Assembly: GCF_000737315.1 (NCBI RefSeq)
Contig: NZ_JMCB01000005.1
Span: 144,001 to 206,000, forward strand
Origin: Hyalangium minutum
Lineage (GTDB): Bacteria; Myxococcota; Myxococcia; Myxococcales; Myxococcaceae
DNA length: 62,000 bases
Direction: 5' to 3'
Shown: piece by piece, positions 28,890 through 39,085 of the stretch
Position numbering within the stretch: the stretch's first letter is position 1
Layout of the letters: each line of letters starts with the position of its first letter
Position numbers and translations under genes: made by a program
Notes under the pieces: generated by a model
Database searches by the model: none
What the model was told of the DNA's origin: nothing
Seen by the model: the letters and a program-made list of their open reading frames with translations, nothing else

Positions 28890-29028
28890 GGCCCCGCCGG
28901 GGTCTGTTCCTCTGGATTCGTGGGGATAGCGGGTCTCGGCATGGGGTAGGAGGCACTCCTACAGGACCGAAAGGTGCCTACCTGGTGCATTGGCTGAGCG
29001 GTATGAAGGACGTTGGGACCATGGAGGG

Positions 29029-30618
29029 ATGATGAGGGCCAGTATCGGCCGGAGGCTGTATGTGTCCTTCGGTCTGCTCGTCGTGGCGTTTGCCGTGCTG
29101 GGAGGGGCGAACATCGTCTCGTCCTACGGCTTTGCCCGCAGTGTGGAGAGCTCGCTGGAGCGTTCGCTCACCCTCGCGCCGGAGCTGTTCGAGCTGCGGA
29201 TGATCCACCAGCGGACCACGGTCCTGTTCTTGTCGGGGGCCCAGAAGGACTCGGCTCCGCCCTCGGAGGAGCTGTCCTCGCAGGAGGAGCGCTTCGCCCA
29301 CAGCCTCGGGGCGCTGCGGGAGAAGGGGTACCCCGGGGCCCGGCTCAATGACGTGCAAGGGCGCTTCACCGGGCTCCTGCTCTTGGGCCGCAAGCTGCTG
29401 GCCGTCTCGGGAGAGGCAGACCCTCAGGGCGCCTTTCTCCTCTTCCAGCAGCAGACCCATGAGCTGGAGCAGCAGTTGGACGCGATGGCGAAGGACGAGG
29501 TGAGCACGGTGCGCACCTCCTTGAAGGTGCTCCGGCGGAACTTCGAGAAGGGCGCGTGGACATTCGCCGGAGGGGTTGTGGGCTGCATCCTCGTGGCGCT
29601 GCTGCTGGCCTTCGGGCTGCGGCGCTCGCTGGTGCACCCGCTGCGGGCGCTCACGGGGGTGGCGCGGGAGATCAGCGAGAACGGGGACCTGACGCTCCAC
29701 GTGCCTGTGCGCTCGGGGGATGAGGTGGGGCAGCTGGCGCACGCCTTCCGGGAGATGGTGGAGCGCCTGCGCACCATTCACAACGAGCTGCGCGCCTCGG
29801 GGGGCACGCTGGCCACCTCGGCGGCGAACGTGCGCCGCTCGGCCGTGCAGCAGCAGGAGACGGTGAGCAGCCAGGCGGCGGCGCTGCACCAGACGCGCGT
29901 CACCGCCGAGGCGCTGCGGGAGACCTCATCGGTGGCGGCCCAGCGCGCGCACTCCGTGCTGGACCTGGCCGTGCGGGCGGACACGCTGGGGCGCGCGGGG
30001 GAGACGTCCATTGCCCAGAGCGTCTCCGGGCTGGCGAACCTGGGGGCGCAGGTGCAGGAGATTGCCCAGCGCATCCGCAACCTGGGGGAGAGCACCCAGC
30101 AGATCGGCGCCATCACCAAGACGGTGAAGGCGCTGGCGGACCGCTCCAACATGTTGGCGCTCAATGCCGCCATCGAGGCGGTGCGCAGCGGCGAGCACGG
30201 CAAGGGCTTCGCCGTGGTGGCGCAGGAGATCCGCTCGCTGGCGGATCAATCCATCGAGGCCACGGTCCGGGTGCGCGAGATTCTGGACGCGGTGGGCCGC
30301 GCGGTGGCGGAGACGGTCAGCATCACCCAGCGCAACGCCGAGCAGATGCAGGGAGGGCTGGAGCAGGTGAGCGCCACGGGCGAGAGCCTGCGGGAGCTGT
30401 CCGGCCTCATTCGCGCGAACGCCAGCGCGGTGAAGGAGATCGTCGCCGCGGTCAGCCAGCAGGACCTGGGCATCGCGCAGATCTTCCTGGCGGTGAGCGA
30501 GCTCTCCAAGATGATGGCGGACACGGAGAAGGAGCTGGACGCCACGAAGACGGCGGCGGTGATGCTCGATGACGTGTCCCAGAAGCTCACGGACGTGGTG
30601 ACGCGCTACCGGGCTTGA
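29029..30618 (+). CDS. Methyl-accepting chemotaxis protein (2 TM, HAMP, signalling domain)
   Basis: [33 protein letters not shown]; [14 protein letters not shown]. Confidence 0.92.
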   Translation: MMRASIGRRLYVSFGLLVVAFAVLGGANIVSSYGFARSVESSLERSLTLAPELFELRMIHQRTTVLFLSGAQKDSAPPSEELSSQEERFAHSLGALREKGYPGARLNDVQGRFTGLLLLGRKLLAVSGEADPQGAFLLFQQQTHELEQQLDAMAKDEVSTVRTSLKVLRRNFEKGAWTFAGGVVGCILVALLLAFGLRRSLVHPLRALTGVAREISENGDLTLHVPVRSGDEVGQLAHAFREMVERLRTIHNELRASGGTLATSAANVRRSAVQQQETVSSQAAALHQTRVTAEALRETSSVAAQRAHSVLDLAVRADTLGRAGETSIAQSVSGLANLGAQVQEIAQRIRNLGESTQQIGAITKTVKALADRSNMLALNAAIEAVRSGEHGKGFAVVAQEIRSLADQSIEATVRVREILDAVGRAVAETVSITQRNAEQMQGGLEQVSATGESLRELSGLIRANASAVKEIVAAVSQQDLGIAQIFLAVSELSKMMADTEKELDATKTAAVMLDDVSQKLTDVVTRYRA

Positions 30619-30675
30619 AGCAGCGCTTGACGGCCCAGGCACCCGGGGTGAGCATGGGCCGGTCGGGGCCGGCGG

Positions 30676-33360
30676 TTGCTCACCGCGCACAGAGCATTCT
30701 TCCAGACCATGTTCGTCGACCGCTGTCGTTGCGGGACCCTCTCTGGGACGGGCGCGGCCCGGCTTTTCCTTGTGGCCGGAGTGTTGCTCGCGGTGAGCGC
30801 GGGCGCCTACGAGGGGACGGGGGTCTCCCGGGAGAACCCGGATGCGGGGGTTCCGCAGCCTGCGCCCCAGCTTACGAAGGCGCCGGAGCTCCTCGAGTTC
30901 GTGGAGGCCACCTATCCGCCCGAGGCGCTCGCTCGAGGCGAGGGCGCGGAGGTGGCCTTCTTCATCGACATCGATGAGAACGGCCAGGTGACGCAGGCCG
31001 AGGTGACGCGCTCGGCGGGGCCGGAGTTCGACGCGGCGGCGCGCGAGGCGGTGCTGCGGCTGCGGTTCTCTCCGGCCGAGGTGGATGGGAAGCCCGCGCC
31101 GGTCCGCATCGAGTATGTCTACCACTTCGTGCCCAAGCCGCCGCCGCCGCCCGAGCCCACCGCGCCCGTGGAGCAGCCGGTGAACTTCAAGGGCCGGATT
31201 GTCGAGCGAGGAACGCGGGATCCAATTCCGAACGCCACGGTGTACCTGCCCGAGCAGGGCCTCACGGCGGAGACGGACGTGGAGGGGCGCTTCGAGCTGC
31301 GCGGGGTGACGCCTGGGAAGCTGAAGGTGGAGATCTCCGAGCCGAAGCACCGGAAGTTCCTCACCACCGAGGAGGTGAGGGAGGGCGAGGTGACGGAGCT
31401 GACCGCGTACCTCTGGAAGAAGCTGGAGAGCGGCTTCGAGACGGTGGTGACGGGGGCCCGGGAGAAGAAGGAGGTCGCCCGGCGCACGCTCCAGAAGCAG
31501 GAGCTCCAGAGCGTCCCTGGCACCTTCGGGGATCCGCTCCGCGTGCTGCAGAACATGCCCGGCATGGCGCGGGCGCCCTACATCTCGGGCGCGCTGCTCG
31601 TGCGAGGCGCCCAGCCGCAGGACACGCAGGTGATGATCGACGGGGTGCCCATTCCGCTGCTCTACCACTTCGCGGGGGGGCCTTCGGTGATCAACGCCTC
31701 GTTCATCGACCGGATCGACTTCTTCCCGGGAGCGTACGGGGCGAAGTACGGCCGGGCGCTCGCGGGCATCGTGGACGTGGGGACGCGGCCTCCGGAGCCC
31801 AAGCGCCTGCATGGCCTCGTCGACATCGACCTGCTGGACTCGGGCTTCTACCTGGAGGCGCCGCTGAGCTCGGAGAAGAACTACGGGTCGGTCGCGGTGG
31901 CGGCCCGGCGCAGCTACATCGACGTGCTGCTGCCGCCCATCCTGGAGGCCTTCCGCGAGCCCGGCCAGGCCTCGACCGTGGCCTCGCCGTACTACTGGGA
32001 CTACCAGGCACGCTACGACTTGAAGCTCGGGAAGGATCGGTTCGAGGTGGTCGCGTTCGGCTCGAGTGACCGGCTGGAGGTCTCCCAGAGCGGCTCGGAG
32101 GAGACCCAGCCCTTCTCGTTGGACACGTCCCAGGCCTTCCACCGGTTCCGGCTGGGCTGGAGCCGCCCGACCGAGTCCGGGTGGAAGCTGTCCCTGTCGC
32201 CCACCGTGGGCGTCACCCCGTTCAACTTCCGGATTGGGGATCAGTTCAAGGGGAGCATCACCTCGCGGGACGTGAACCTGAGAGGGGCCGCCGAGAAGGA
32301 GCTCGCCAAGGGGCTCTCCTTCGAGACGGGAGTGGACCTCAACGCCTCCTTCTATGACGTGCGCTTCGAGTTCCCTCAGGTGGCCAAGCCGGGCGAGGAG
32401 CCTCCTCCGCCCGTGGTCATCCAGGAGGACGTGAACGTGTCCACGTACGCGGCCTACGCCGAGGCGGTCTGGTCGCCCGTGGAGGCACTGAAGATCGTCC
32501 CGGGGCTCCGCTTCGAGGCCTACCACCTGCCCGGCGGGTGGCGCCCCTCGCTCGAGCCCCGGATTGCCACGCGCTACGCGGTGAACGACCGGCTCACGGC
32601 GAAGGCGGCGTTCGGCATCTTCCGGCAGGCGCCCCAGCCCAGCGAGATGGCGCCTCGGTTCGGCAACCCGGACCTGGGGCTGCTGCGGAGCCGGCAGACG
32701 GCGGGCGGCATCGAGTGGAAGTTCACTCAGGCGCTGCTGCTGGACCTGCAGGGCTTCTACAACTGGCGGGATCGGCTCGTGGTGTTCACTCAGGACTTCG
32801 TGGAGCGGGACGGCAAGCAGGAGCCCGAGCTCTATGACCACGATGGGAAGGGGCGGGCCTACGGCGTCGAGGTGCTGCTCAAGCACGAGCTCACCGAGCG
32901 CTTCTATGGATGGGTGGCCTACACGCTGTCCCGGTCCGTGCAGCTCGACGAGGACACGGGCACGTACGTGCCAGTCGAGTTCGATCAGTCGCACATCCTC
33001 ACGCTGGTGGGCTCTTACAAGCTGGACAGCGGCTGGGAGGTGGGGATGCGGTTCCGCCTCACGACGGGGCGGCCGGAGACGCCCATCACGGGCGGCACCT
33101 TCAACGCGGACACGGGCCGGTACTTCCCCGACGAGGGCAGGCCCGGCTCGGCGCGAGGCGCCACCTTCCACCAGCTGGATCTCCGCGCCGAGAAGCAATG
33201 GACGTTCGAGCGCTGGCGGCTGTCGGCGTACCTGGACGTGCAGAACATCTACAACGCCTCGAACCCGGAGGGGACGCTCTGGGACTACCGGTACCGCGAG
33301 AGCGCGCCGCTCCGAGGCCTTCCGCTGCTTCCCACCTTTGGCGTCAAGGGAGAGTTCTGA
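30676..33360 (+). CDS. TonB-dependent receptor with N-terminal TonB C-terminal-like and carboxypeptidase-like domains
   Basis: YPPEALARGEGAEV..IDENGQV..FDAAAREAV..FSPAEVDGKP (TonB-C like); plug GDPLRVLQNMPG; barrel ending GVKGEF; start uncertain. Confidence 0.85.
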   Translation: MLTAHRAFFQTMFVDRCRCGTLSGTGAARLFLVAGVLLAVSAGAYEGTGVSRENPDAGVPQPAPQLTKAPELLEFVEATYPPEALARGEGAEVAFFIDIDENGQVTQAEVTRSAGPEFDAAAREAVLRLRFSPAEVDGKPAPVRIEYVYHFVPKPPPPPEPTAPVEQPVNFKGRIVERGTRDPIPNATVYLPEQGLTAETDVEGRFELRGVTPGKLKVEISEPKHRKFLTTEEVREGEVTELTAYLWKKLESGFETVVTGAREKKEVARRTLQKQELQSVPGTFGDPLRVLQNMPGMARAPYISGALLVRGAQPQDTQVMIDGVPIPLLYHFAGGPSVINASFIDRIDFFPGAYGAKYGRALAGIVDVGTRPPEPKRLHGLVDIDLLDSGFYLEAPLSSEKNYGSVAVAARRSYIDVLLPPILEAFREPGQASTVASPYYWDYQARYDLKLGKDRFEVVAFGSSDRLEVSQSGSEETQPFSLDTSQAFHRFRLGWSRPTESGWKLSLSPTVGVTPFNFRIGDQFKGSITSRDVNLRGAAEKELAKGLSFETGVDLNASFYDVRFEFPQVAKPGEEPPPPVVIQEDVNVSTYAAYAEAVWSPVEALKIVPGLRFEAYHLPGGWRPSLEPRIATRYAVNDRLTAKAAFGIFRQAPQPSEMAPRFGNPDLGLLRSRQTAGGIEWKFTQALLLDLQGFYNWRDRLVVFTQDFVERDGKQEPELYDHDGKGRAYGVEVLLKHELTERFYGWVAYTLSRSVQLDEDTGTYVPVEFDQSHILTLVGSYKLDSGWEVGMRFRLTTGRPETPITGGTFNADTGRYFPDEGRPGSARGATFHQLDLRAEKQWTFERWRLSAYLDVQNIYNASNPEGTLWDYRYRESAPLRGLPLLPTFGVKGEF

Positions 33361-34316
33361 TGCCTGCCCACCGGATGATGACCCTGTCCGTGCTCGTGTC
33401 GCTGACGGCCTGCTCCTATGACTTCGAGCGGTCGAGCGAGATCCGTGACCGCCGGATCCTCGCCGTGCAGATTGAGCCCCCCGAGGTGGCGGGTGGCGCT
33501 CCATTGCCGGAGGCCGTGCTGGCCCAGGCGCTGGTGGTGGATCCCGCGAATCCGCTGGCCGCTGTAGAGGTGAGCTGGCGCTCCTGCCTACGCCTGCCGA
33601 GGGCCGCTGCCGACGTGGGCGAGGCGGAGAACACCCGCTGCCCCGAGGACGAGAACACGGTCCTCCTCGGGAGCAGCTCGGCCGCCCTGGAGGCTGTCTC
33701 CCTGGGCGCTCCATTGCCTCCAGAGCTGGTGGGCCTGCTGGCCGCCGCGAGCGACGTGCCAGCGCCGCAGCTCCAGGTCCAGGTCGAGGTGAGCTCGGAG
33801 CCACAGCCGCTGGTGGCCGTGAAGCAGCTCACGGTGACCTCACGCCTGCCGGAGGGGCAGGAGCCCAACCGCAACCCCGTGCTTCAGAGGGTGACGCTGG
33901 ATGGCACGGACTGGCTCCCGGACACGCCGAGGACGCTCAAGTACGGCGACTGCCCGGACGAGGAGAAGAAGGAGGCCGAGGCCGACGATGGGAGCAGGGT
34001 GCTTGTCTGCGAGCACGACGTGGAGCCGTTCTTCGACGAGGAGACGCAGTCCCAGTTCTACGAGGAGCGTGGGTTCAGCGGGGAGCCGGAGCTGCAGCGA
34101 GAGATCCTCCGGTTCGCGTGGTTCACGGACGCGGGCTCCTTCCGGCGGAACAACACCCGGCAGTTCGACCCGAGAGACCCTTCCCCTGACAACGTAGGTC
34201 CGCAGAATAATTGGCGGGAACCTGCCACCAAGACCGAGCGAGCCACCCTCTGGCTGATCGTCCGCGACGGCCGGGGTGGCACCTCCTGGCTGCGCCGCGA
34301 GGTGATCTTCGAGTAG
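33360..34316 (+). CDS. Lipoprotein coupled to the TonB-dependent receptor
   Basis: ATG overlaps receptor stop; lipobox SLTA-C; RILAV..EPPE; WLIVRDGRGGTSW. Confidence 0.75.
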   Translation: MPAHRMMTLSVLVSLTACSYDFERSSEIRDRRILAVQIEPPEVAGGAPLPEAVLAQALVVDPANPLAAVEVSWRSCLRLPRAAADVGEAENTRCPEDENTVLLGSSSAALEAVSLGAPLPPELVGLLAAASDVPAPQLQVQVEVSSEPQPLVAVKQLTVTSRLPEGQEPNRNPVLQRVTLDGTDWLPDTPRTLKYGDCPDEEKKEAEADDGSRVLVCEHDVEPFFDEETQSQFYEERGFSGEPELQREILRFAWFTDAGSFRRNNTRQFDPRDPSPDNVGPQNNWREPATKTERATLWLIVRDGRGGTSWLRREVIFE

Positions 34317-34330
34317 CCGGTCTCCCCACC

Positions 34331-34359
34331 TTGAAATCGTGTTTTGTGGACACTAAGTT
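34331..34359 (+). promoter_or_regulatory. Sigma70-type promoter of the SPFH/NAD-kinase-like operon
   Basis: TTGAAA-N17-TAAGTT. Confidence 0.65.
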
Positions 34360-34375
34360 AGTGTCAAAGAGACAC
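34339..34375. promoter_or_regulatory. Tandem NrtR-type operator (two GTGT-N7-ACAC sites)
   Basis: GTGT-tttgtgg-ACAC (34339-34353) and GTGT-caaagag-ACAC (34361-34375); fits the GT-N7-AC NrtR consensus. Confidence 0.7.
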
Positions 34376-34393
34376 GAAAGGAGGGTGGGAGCC

Positions 34394-35395
34394 ATGCCCA
34401 TCCGGTACATCAAGGCGGCGCCGACGACGTACGTCATCCAGTTCCAAGACGGGAAGGTGAGGCGGGAGGGGCCGGGGTTGTCGTTCCTGTACTGGGCGCC
34501 GACGACGACGCTGGTGGCGGTGCCGCTGGCCAGCGCGGACGTGCCCTTCGTGTTCAACGAGGTGACGAAGGACTTCCAGGCGGTGACGCTGCAGGGGCAG
34601 CTCACGTACCGTGTGGCGGATCCGAAGCGGCTGGCCTCGCTGCTGGACTACTCCATCACTCCGGGGGGCAAGTACCTCTCGAACGACCCGGAGAAGCTGG
34701 AGGAGCGGTTGGTGCAGGTGGCGCAGGTGCGTGCGCGCACGGTGGTTCAGGGCATGGACCTGCGCGAGGTGCTGGTGCGCTCGGAGGTGGTGGAGGCGCA
34801 GGTGCTGGCGGCGCTGGGGGCCACGGAGGCCATCCGCATGCTGGGCGTGGAGGTGATGGGCTTCTCGCTGCTGTCGGTGCGGCCCACGCCGGAGATGTCC
34901 CGGGCGCTCGAGGCCGAGGCCCGCGAGGGCCTGCAGCGCCGTGCGGACGAGGCCATCTACTCGCGCCGCAACGCCGCGGTGGAGCAGGAGCGCCGCATCA
35001 AGGAGAGCGAGCTGTCCACGGAGCTGGCGGTGGAGGAGAAGCGTCGGCAGATCCGCGAGGCGCAGATGGCGGCGGACATCGCGGTGGAGGAGCAGCGCGC
35101 CGCGCTCATGGCGCGCTGGACGGAGAACGAGCGCCATGCCGCTGACGCGCGCGCCTACGCTCTGGAGAAGGTGTTGGCGCCCGTGCGCGGGGTGGACTGG
35201 AAGACGCTCATGGCGGCCAACGGAGGAGGGAACGACCCGAAGCTGAACATCGCCCTGGCGTTCCGGGAGATGGCGGAGAACGCGGGGAAGATCGGCGAGC
35301 TGAACATGTCGCCGGAGCTGCTGAGCGGGCTGCTGGGGCCCACGCAGAAGGAGCCCGCCTCCGAGCCGCAGCAGCGCACGCGGGGCAACCGGTGA
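34394..35395 (+). CDS. SPFH/band-7 protein, NrtR-regulon NrtX-like
   Basis: SPFH-like N-terminus (DVPFVFNEVTKDFQAVTLQGQLTYRV) plus coiled coil; paired with NAD-kinase-like gene. Confidence 0.8.
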   Translation: MPIRYIKAAPTTYVIQFQDGKVRREGPGLSFLYWAPTTTLVAVPLASADVPFVFNEVTKDFQAVTLQGQLTYRVADPKRLASLLDYSITPGGKYLSNDPEKLEERLVQVAQVRARTVVQGMDLREVLVRSEVVEAQVLAALGATEAIRMLGVEVMGFSLLSVRPTPEMSRALEAEAREGLQRRADEAIYSRRNAAVEQERRIKESELSTELAVEEKRRQIREAQMAADIAVEEQRAALMARWTENERHAADARAYALEKVLAPVRGVDWKTLMAANGGGNDPKLNIALAFREMAENAGKIGELNMSPELLSGLLGPTQKEPASEPQQRTRGNR

Positions 35396-35402
35396 GGGCG
35401 CC

Positions 35403-36323
35403 ATGTTCGAGAAGATCATCCTCGTCACGAGGAAGACGCGGCTGGAGGAGCTCGTCGAGCGGCTGAACACCCGCGCCCAGGCGCGCTTCTACCTGGAGCA
35501 CGCCGGGCAGGACTTCGAGGACTACGCGCGCGAGGACGACGCCTACCGCCGGGCCTTGGACGGGCTGCACGGCGCGCTGTCGCTGGGGCTGCCGGTGCAG
35601 CAGGTGGATCGCTCACTGGTGCCCACCTTCCTCTTCAGCGGCAAGGAGGTGGTGGTGGCGGTGGGGCAGGACGGGCTGGTGGCCAACGTGGCCAAGTACG
35701 TGGGCGGCCAGCCGCTGGTGGGCGTGAACCCGGACCTCTCGCGCTTCGATGGAGTGCTGCTGCCCTTCGGTGTGACGGGTGCGCGCGCGGCGGTGCGCAA
35801 GACGCTGGAGGGCAAGGCGAGCGTTCGCGAGGTCACCCTGGCGGAGGTACGCCTCCAGGATGGGCAGCGGCTGCTGGCCTTCAATGACCTGTTCCTCGGG
35901 GCGCGCACGCACGTCTCCGCCCGCTACACGCTGCGCTATGGGGACACGGCCGAGCCCCAGTCCTCCAGCGGAGTGGTCGTCTCCACCGGTGCGGGCTCCA
36001 GCGGGTGGCTCTCGTCCATCTTCAACCTGGCCCGGGGGATCACGGAGAGCACGGGCGGCGTGCCCGGGAGCGCGTGGCGCATGGGCTGGGAAGACCCTCG
36101 GCTGGCCTTCGTGGTGCGCGAGCCCTTCATCAGCCGCCACTCCTCGGCCCGCCTCATCAGCGGCTTCGTCACCGCCGAGCACGAGCTGGTGCTGGAGTCC
36201 CGCATGCCCTCGGGCGGCGTCATCTTCAGTGATGGTGTCGAGGAGGACTTCCTGGCCTTCAGCGCGGGGGCCACCGCTCACATCCGCCCGGCGGCCCAAC
36301 GCGCCCGGCTCGTGGTTCCATGA
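35403..36323 (+). CDS. PpnK-type ATP-NAD kinase-like protein, NrtY-like
   Basis: VGQDG (GGDG-like), GVNPD, AFND, QSSSGVVVSTGAGSSGW. Confidence 0.75.
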   Translation: MFEKIILVTRKTRLEELVERLNTRAQARFYLEHAGQDFEDYAREDDAYRRALDGLHGALSLGLPVQQVDRSLVPTFLFSGKEVVVAVGQDGLVANVAKYVGGQPLVGVNPDLSRFDGVLLPFGVTGARAAVRKTLEGKASVREVTLAEVRLQDGQRLLAFNDLFLGARTHVSARYTLRYGDTAEPQSSSGVVVSTGAGSSGWLSSIFNLARGITESTGGVPGSAWRMGWEDPRLAFVVREPFISRHSSARLISGFVTAEHELVLESRMPSGGVIFSDGVEEDFLAFSAGATAHIRPAAQRARLVVP

Positions 36324-36631
36324 GAGCCGTCAGGCTGCTTGCCCGACGGCCAGACGCCCGTCAACCCCCTGAAAATCGGCCTCGCCTGCACCTCCGGCCC
36401 TGTCGGGGCATCTCATGAATATGGGAGGCTGGGGATGCTTCCCCGTCCGGTGGGCAAAGGCGCCCTGCCTCTCCGGGCGAGGAATTGTGGGCGTGGAGCC
36501 TGGATCAGGCTTACCTTTAGGGAGAGTAGGGTAGGCTGGAGCATGTCACGGGACGCGGAACGTTTCACCGGAGTTGCACGTCGTAGAATTCAGGCGTAGG
36601 ACGCAATTCCGGGGGGTGGTGAGGAGTGAAT

Positions 36632-37054
36632 ATGGTCGGCCTCGTCGTCGCATCTCACGGGCGTCTAGCGGAAGAGCTGGTAGCCACCGCCGAGCAGATC
36701 GTCGGCAAGCTGCCCGCAGTGGCTACGTGCAACATCGAGCCGGGGACGTCCGTCGAGGACCTCCGGATGAAGATGAAGCAGGCCGTGGCCAAGGTCGATG
36801 ACGGGGAAGGCGTCATCGTCATGGCCGACCTCTTTGGAGGCACTCCTTGTAAGGAATCCCTGATGATGTGTCAGCGGGGCAATCTCGAAGTGCTCGCTGG
36901 CGTGAACCTCCCGATGATTCTCAAGGCCAACTCCCTGCGTGGCGAGCACTTGCCGCTGGCGGAGATGGCCTCCTTGCTGGCCTCGCACGGCCAGCGCAAC
37001 ATCACCTGCGCATCCGCCCTGCTTCGCGAAGCTCAGCAGTCATCTCGAACTTGA
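36632..37054 (+). CDS. PTS EIIA, mannose/fructose/sorbose family
   Basis: VVASHG, DLFGGTP, GVNLPM. Confidence 0.92.
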   Translation: MVGLVVASHGRLAEELVATAEQIVGKLPAVATCNIEPGTSVEDLRMKMKQAVAKVDDGEGVIVMADLFGGTPCKESLMMCQRGNLEVLAGVNLPMILKANSLRGEHLPLAEMASLLASHGQRNITCASALLREAQQSSRT

Positions 37055-37087
37055 CGCGGAGCCGCTCGTCGGCGATTCGAGGCAGCC

Positions 37088-37573
37088 GTGATCACCCTGG
37101 TTCGGGTCGACAACCGCCTCATTCATGGACAGGTCGTGGAGGCCTGGCTGCCGCACCTCAAGGTGCAGCGCGTCGTCGTGGCCGATGACGAGGCCGCCTC
37201 CAGCCCGCTCATCCGTGCCGCCATGGCGCTGGCGATCCAAAGTGCCATTGAAGTGCAGATTCAGCCGCTGGCGCAGGTGGACTTCGTCGCGCTGACGAAG
37301 GACGGCGTGCGCACCCTGGTGCTGCTGAGGGACGTGGCGGCCGTGCCATTTGCCTACGCGCATGGGCTGACGCTGGACCACCTGAACCTGGGCAACGTGC
37401 ACTTCGGTGCGGGCCGCCGGCAGGTGTCGCCCTCCGTCTTCTTGGCGGAGGCGGAGGTCCAGGCGCTCCAGGGGCTGGCGGACAAGGGCGTCCGGGTCGA
37501 GGCCCGCGCGGTGCCCTCCGAGAAGGCCGTGGAGCTGGGAGAGCTGACCGAGCGCTGGACAAAGGGCGGGTGA
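37088..37573 (+). CDS. PTS EIIB, mannose/sorbose family
   Basis: RVDNRLIHGQV, LNLGN. Confidence 0.92.
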   Translation: MITLVRVDNRLIHGQVVEAWLPHLKVQRVVVADDEAASSPLIRAAMALAIQSAIEVQIQPLAQVDFVALTKDGVRTLVLLRDVAAVPFAYAHGLTLDHLNLGNVHFGAGRRQVSPSVFLAEAEVQALQGLADKGVRVEARAVPSEKAVELGELTERWTKGG

Positions 37574-37577
37574 CCCT

Positions 37578-38294
37578 GTGAGCGTGGGCTGGACCCAGGT
37601 TCTGCTCGCGTTCTTGTGGGGCGGCCTCGTCGCCGTGGAGCGCAAGGCGTTCCTCCAGGCGATGCTCTCCCGGCCGCTGGCCTCCGCGACCGTGATGGGG
37701 CTGCTGCTGGGAGACCTGCGCGCGGGCCTCTTCATCGGCATGCTGCTGGAGCTGTTCTACCTGGGCACCGCGAACCTGGGCGCCGCGCTGCCGGAGAATG
37801 ACACCGTGTCGGCCACGGGCACGGCGGCGGCGGCGGCCACCATGGCGGCGGCCACGGGCGCGGGCTCGACGCAGGCGCTCTGGTCCGTGGCCATCCTGCT
37901 CTTCCTGCCGCTGGGCCGGGCGGGGCGCATCGCGGACCGCATGCTGGAGGGCTACATGGCGCGGCTGGCGCGGGTGGCCCTGGCCTCGGCCGAGGCGGGC
38001 AACCTCTCTCGCGCGGTGCGGCAGAACCTCTGGGGCATGTGGCCTCACTTCCTCGTGTACGGGCTGGTGGCGGCGCTGTGCGCGCTGCTCGGCTTCTTCC
38101 TCGGGCCACTGGTGGAGCGGCTGCCGTTGGACTTGCTGCGCGGGCTGGCGTGGGCCTTCCCGGCAATGGCCTCGGTGGCGGCGGCGCTGGCGGCGCAGGG
38201 CAGCCATGCGAAGCGGGCTCCGCTGTACGCGGGGCTGGGCGCCACGGTGGTGACGTTGCTGGTCATCCTGTTTACCCTCCAGGAGGGCCGGTGA
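37578..38294 (+). CDS. PTS EIIC, mannose/sorbose family
   Basis: SRPL, GMLLELFYLG..NLGAALP, hydrophobic. Confidence 0.85.
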   Translation: MSVGWTQVLLAFLWGGLVAVERKAFLQAMLSRPLASATVMGLLLGDLRAGLFIGMLLELFYLGTANLGAALPENDTVSATGTAAAAATMAAATGAGSTQALWSVAILLFLPLGRAGRIADRMLEGYMARLARVALASAEAGNLSRAVRQNLWGMWPHFLVYGLVAALCALLGFFLGPLVERLPLDLLRGLAWAFPAMASVAAALAAQGSHAKRAPLYAGLGATVVTLLVILFTLQEGR

Positions 38295-39061
38295 GCACGA
38301 CCGACCCCACCACCCTCGGCCGGACCGTGCTGCTTCGGGTGCTGCTGCGCTCACTGGCGCTGCAGGCCTCGTGGAACCCCAAGGGCATGCAGAACCTGGG
38401 GCTGGCGTACGCGCTCTTCCCGGCGCTGGAGCAGCTCTACCCGGACAAGAAGGCGCAGGAGGCCGCGGTGCAGCGGCACCTGGTCTTCTTCAACACGCAC
38501 CCATACGTGGCGGCGGCGATTGTGGGCGGGGTGCTCTACCACGAGCAGCGCATTGCCCGGGGCGAGGAGCCACCGGACAAGGTGGTGGCCTTCAAGGCGG
38601 CGCTCATGGGGCCGCTGGCGGCGCTGGGGGATGGGTTCTTCTGGCTCTCGCTGAAGCCGGCCGTGGGGGCCATATGCGCCGCCCTGGTGCCCGTGCTGCA
38701 TGCGTGGGCCGTGGTGCTCTTCCTGTTCCTCTACAACTTCGTGCACTTCACGCTGCGCGCCCGCTTCTATTGGATGGGCCTCACGCTGGGCGACAGATTG
38801 GTGGAGGCGATTGCCCGTGCCAACCTGCCCACGCGGGGGGCTCGGCTCCGCTCGGTGGCGGCGGCGTGCGCGGGGGGCCTGGCTGCGTGGCTCGCGGTGG
38901 ACCTGGGGAAGACGGCGGGCGGGGACCATGCGCCTTGGCTGGTGGCGGGCTGCCTGGTCTTGGGGGTTGCGTCCTACGTGCTCGTTCAACAGCGGGTGCC
39001 CAATTACGTCGTGCTGTACCTTGCCGCGGGGCTGGCGTGCGCGGCGGGAGCCTTTCTCTAG
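38291..39061 (+). CDS. PTS EIID, mannose/sorbose family
   Basis: QASWNPKGMQNLG, FFNTHPY, MGPLAALGDGFFW. Confidence 0.92.
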   Translation: MSTTDPTTLGRTVLLRVLLRSLALQASWNPKGMQNLGLAYALFPALEQLYPDKKAQEAAVQRHLVFFNTHPYVAAAIVGGVLYHEQRIARGEEPPDKVVAFKAALMGPLAALGDGFFWLSLKPAVGAICAALVPVLHAWAVVLFLFLYNFVHFTLRARFYWMGLTLGDRLVEAIARANLPTRGARLRSVAAACAGGLAAWLAVDLGKTAGGDHAPWLVAGCLVLGVASYVLVQQRVPNYVVLYLAAGLACAAGAFL

Positions 39062-39085
39062 TGAAGCGGGAGTGTGAAGCCGCCC

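Noticed and set aside
29926-33804. Very long antisense or alternate-frame ORFs (also 47380-51255, 38351-40861, 18152-20257)
   Set aside because: Shadow ORFs caused by high-GC codon bias opposite well-supported genes; Arg/Gly/His-rich with no motifs
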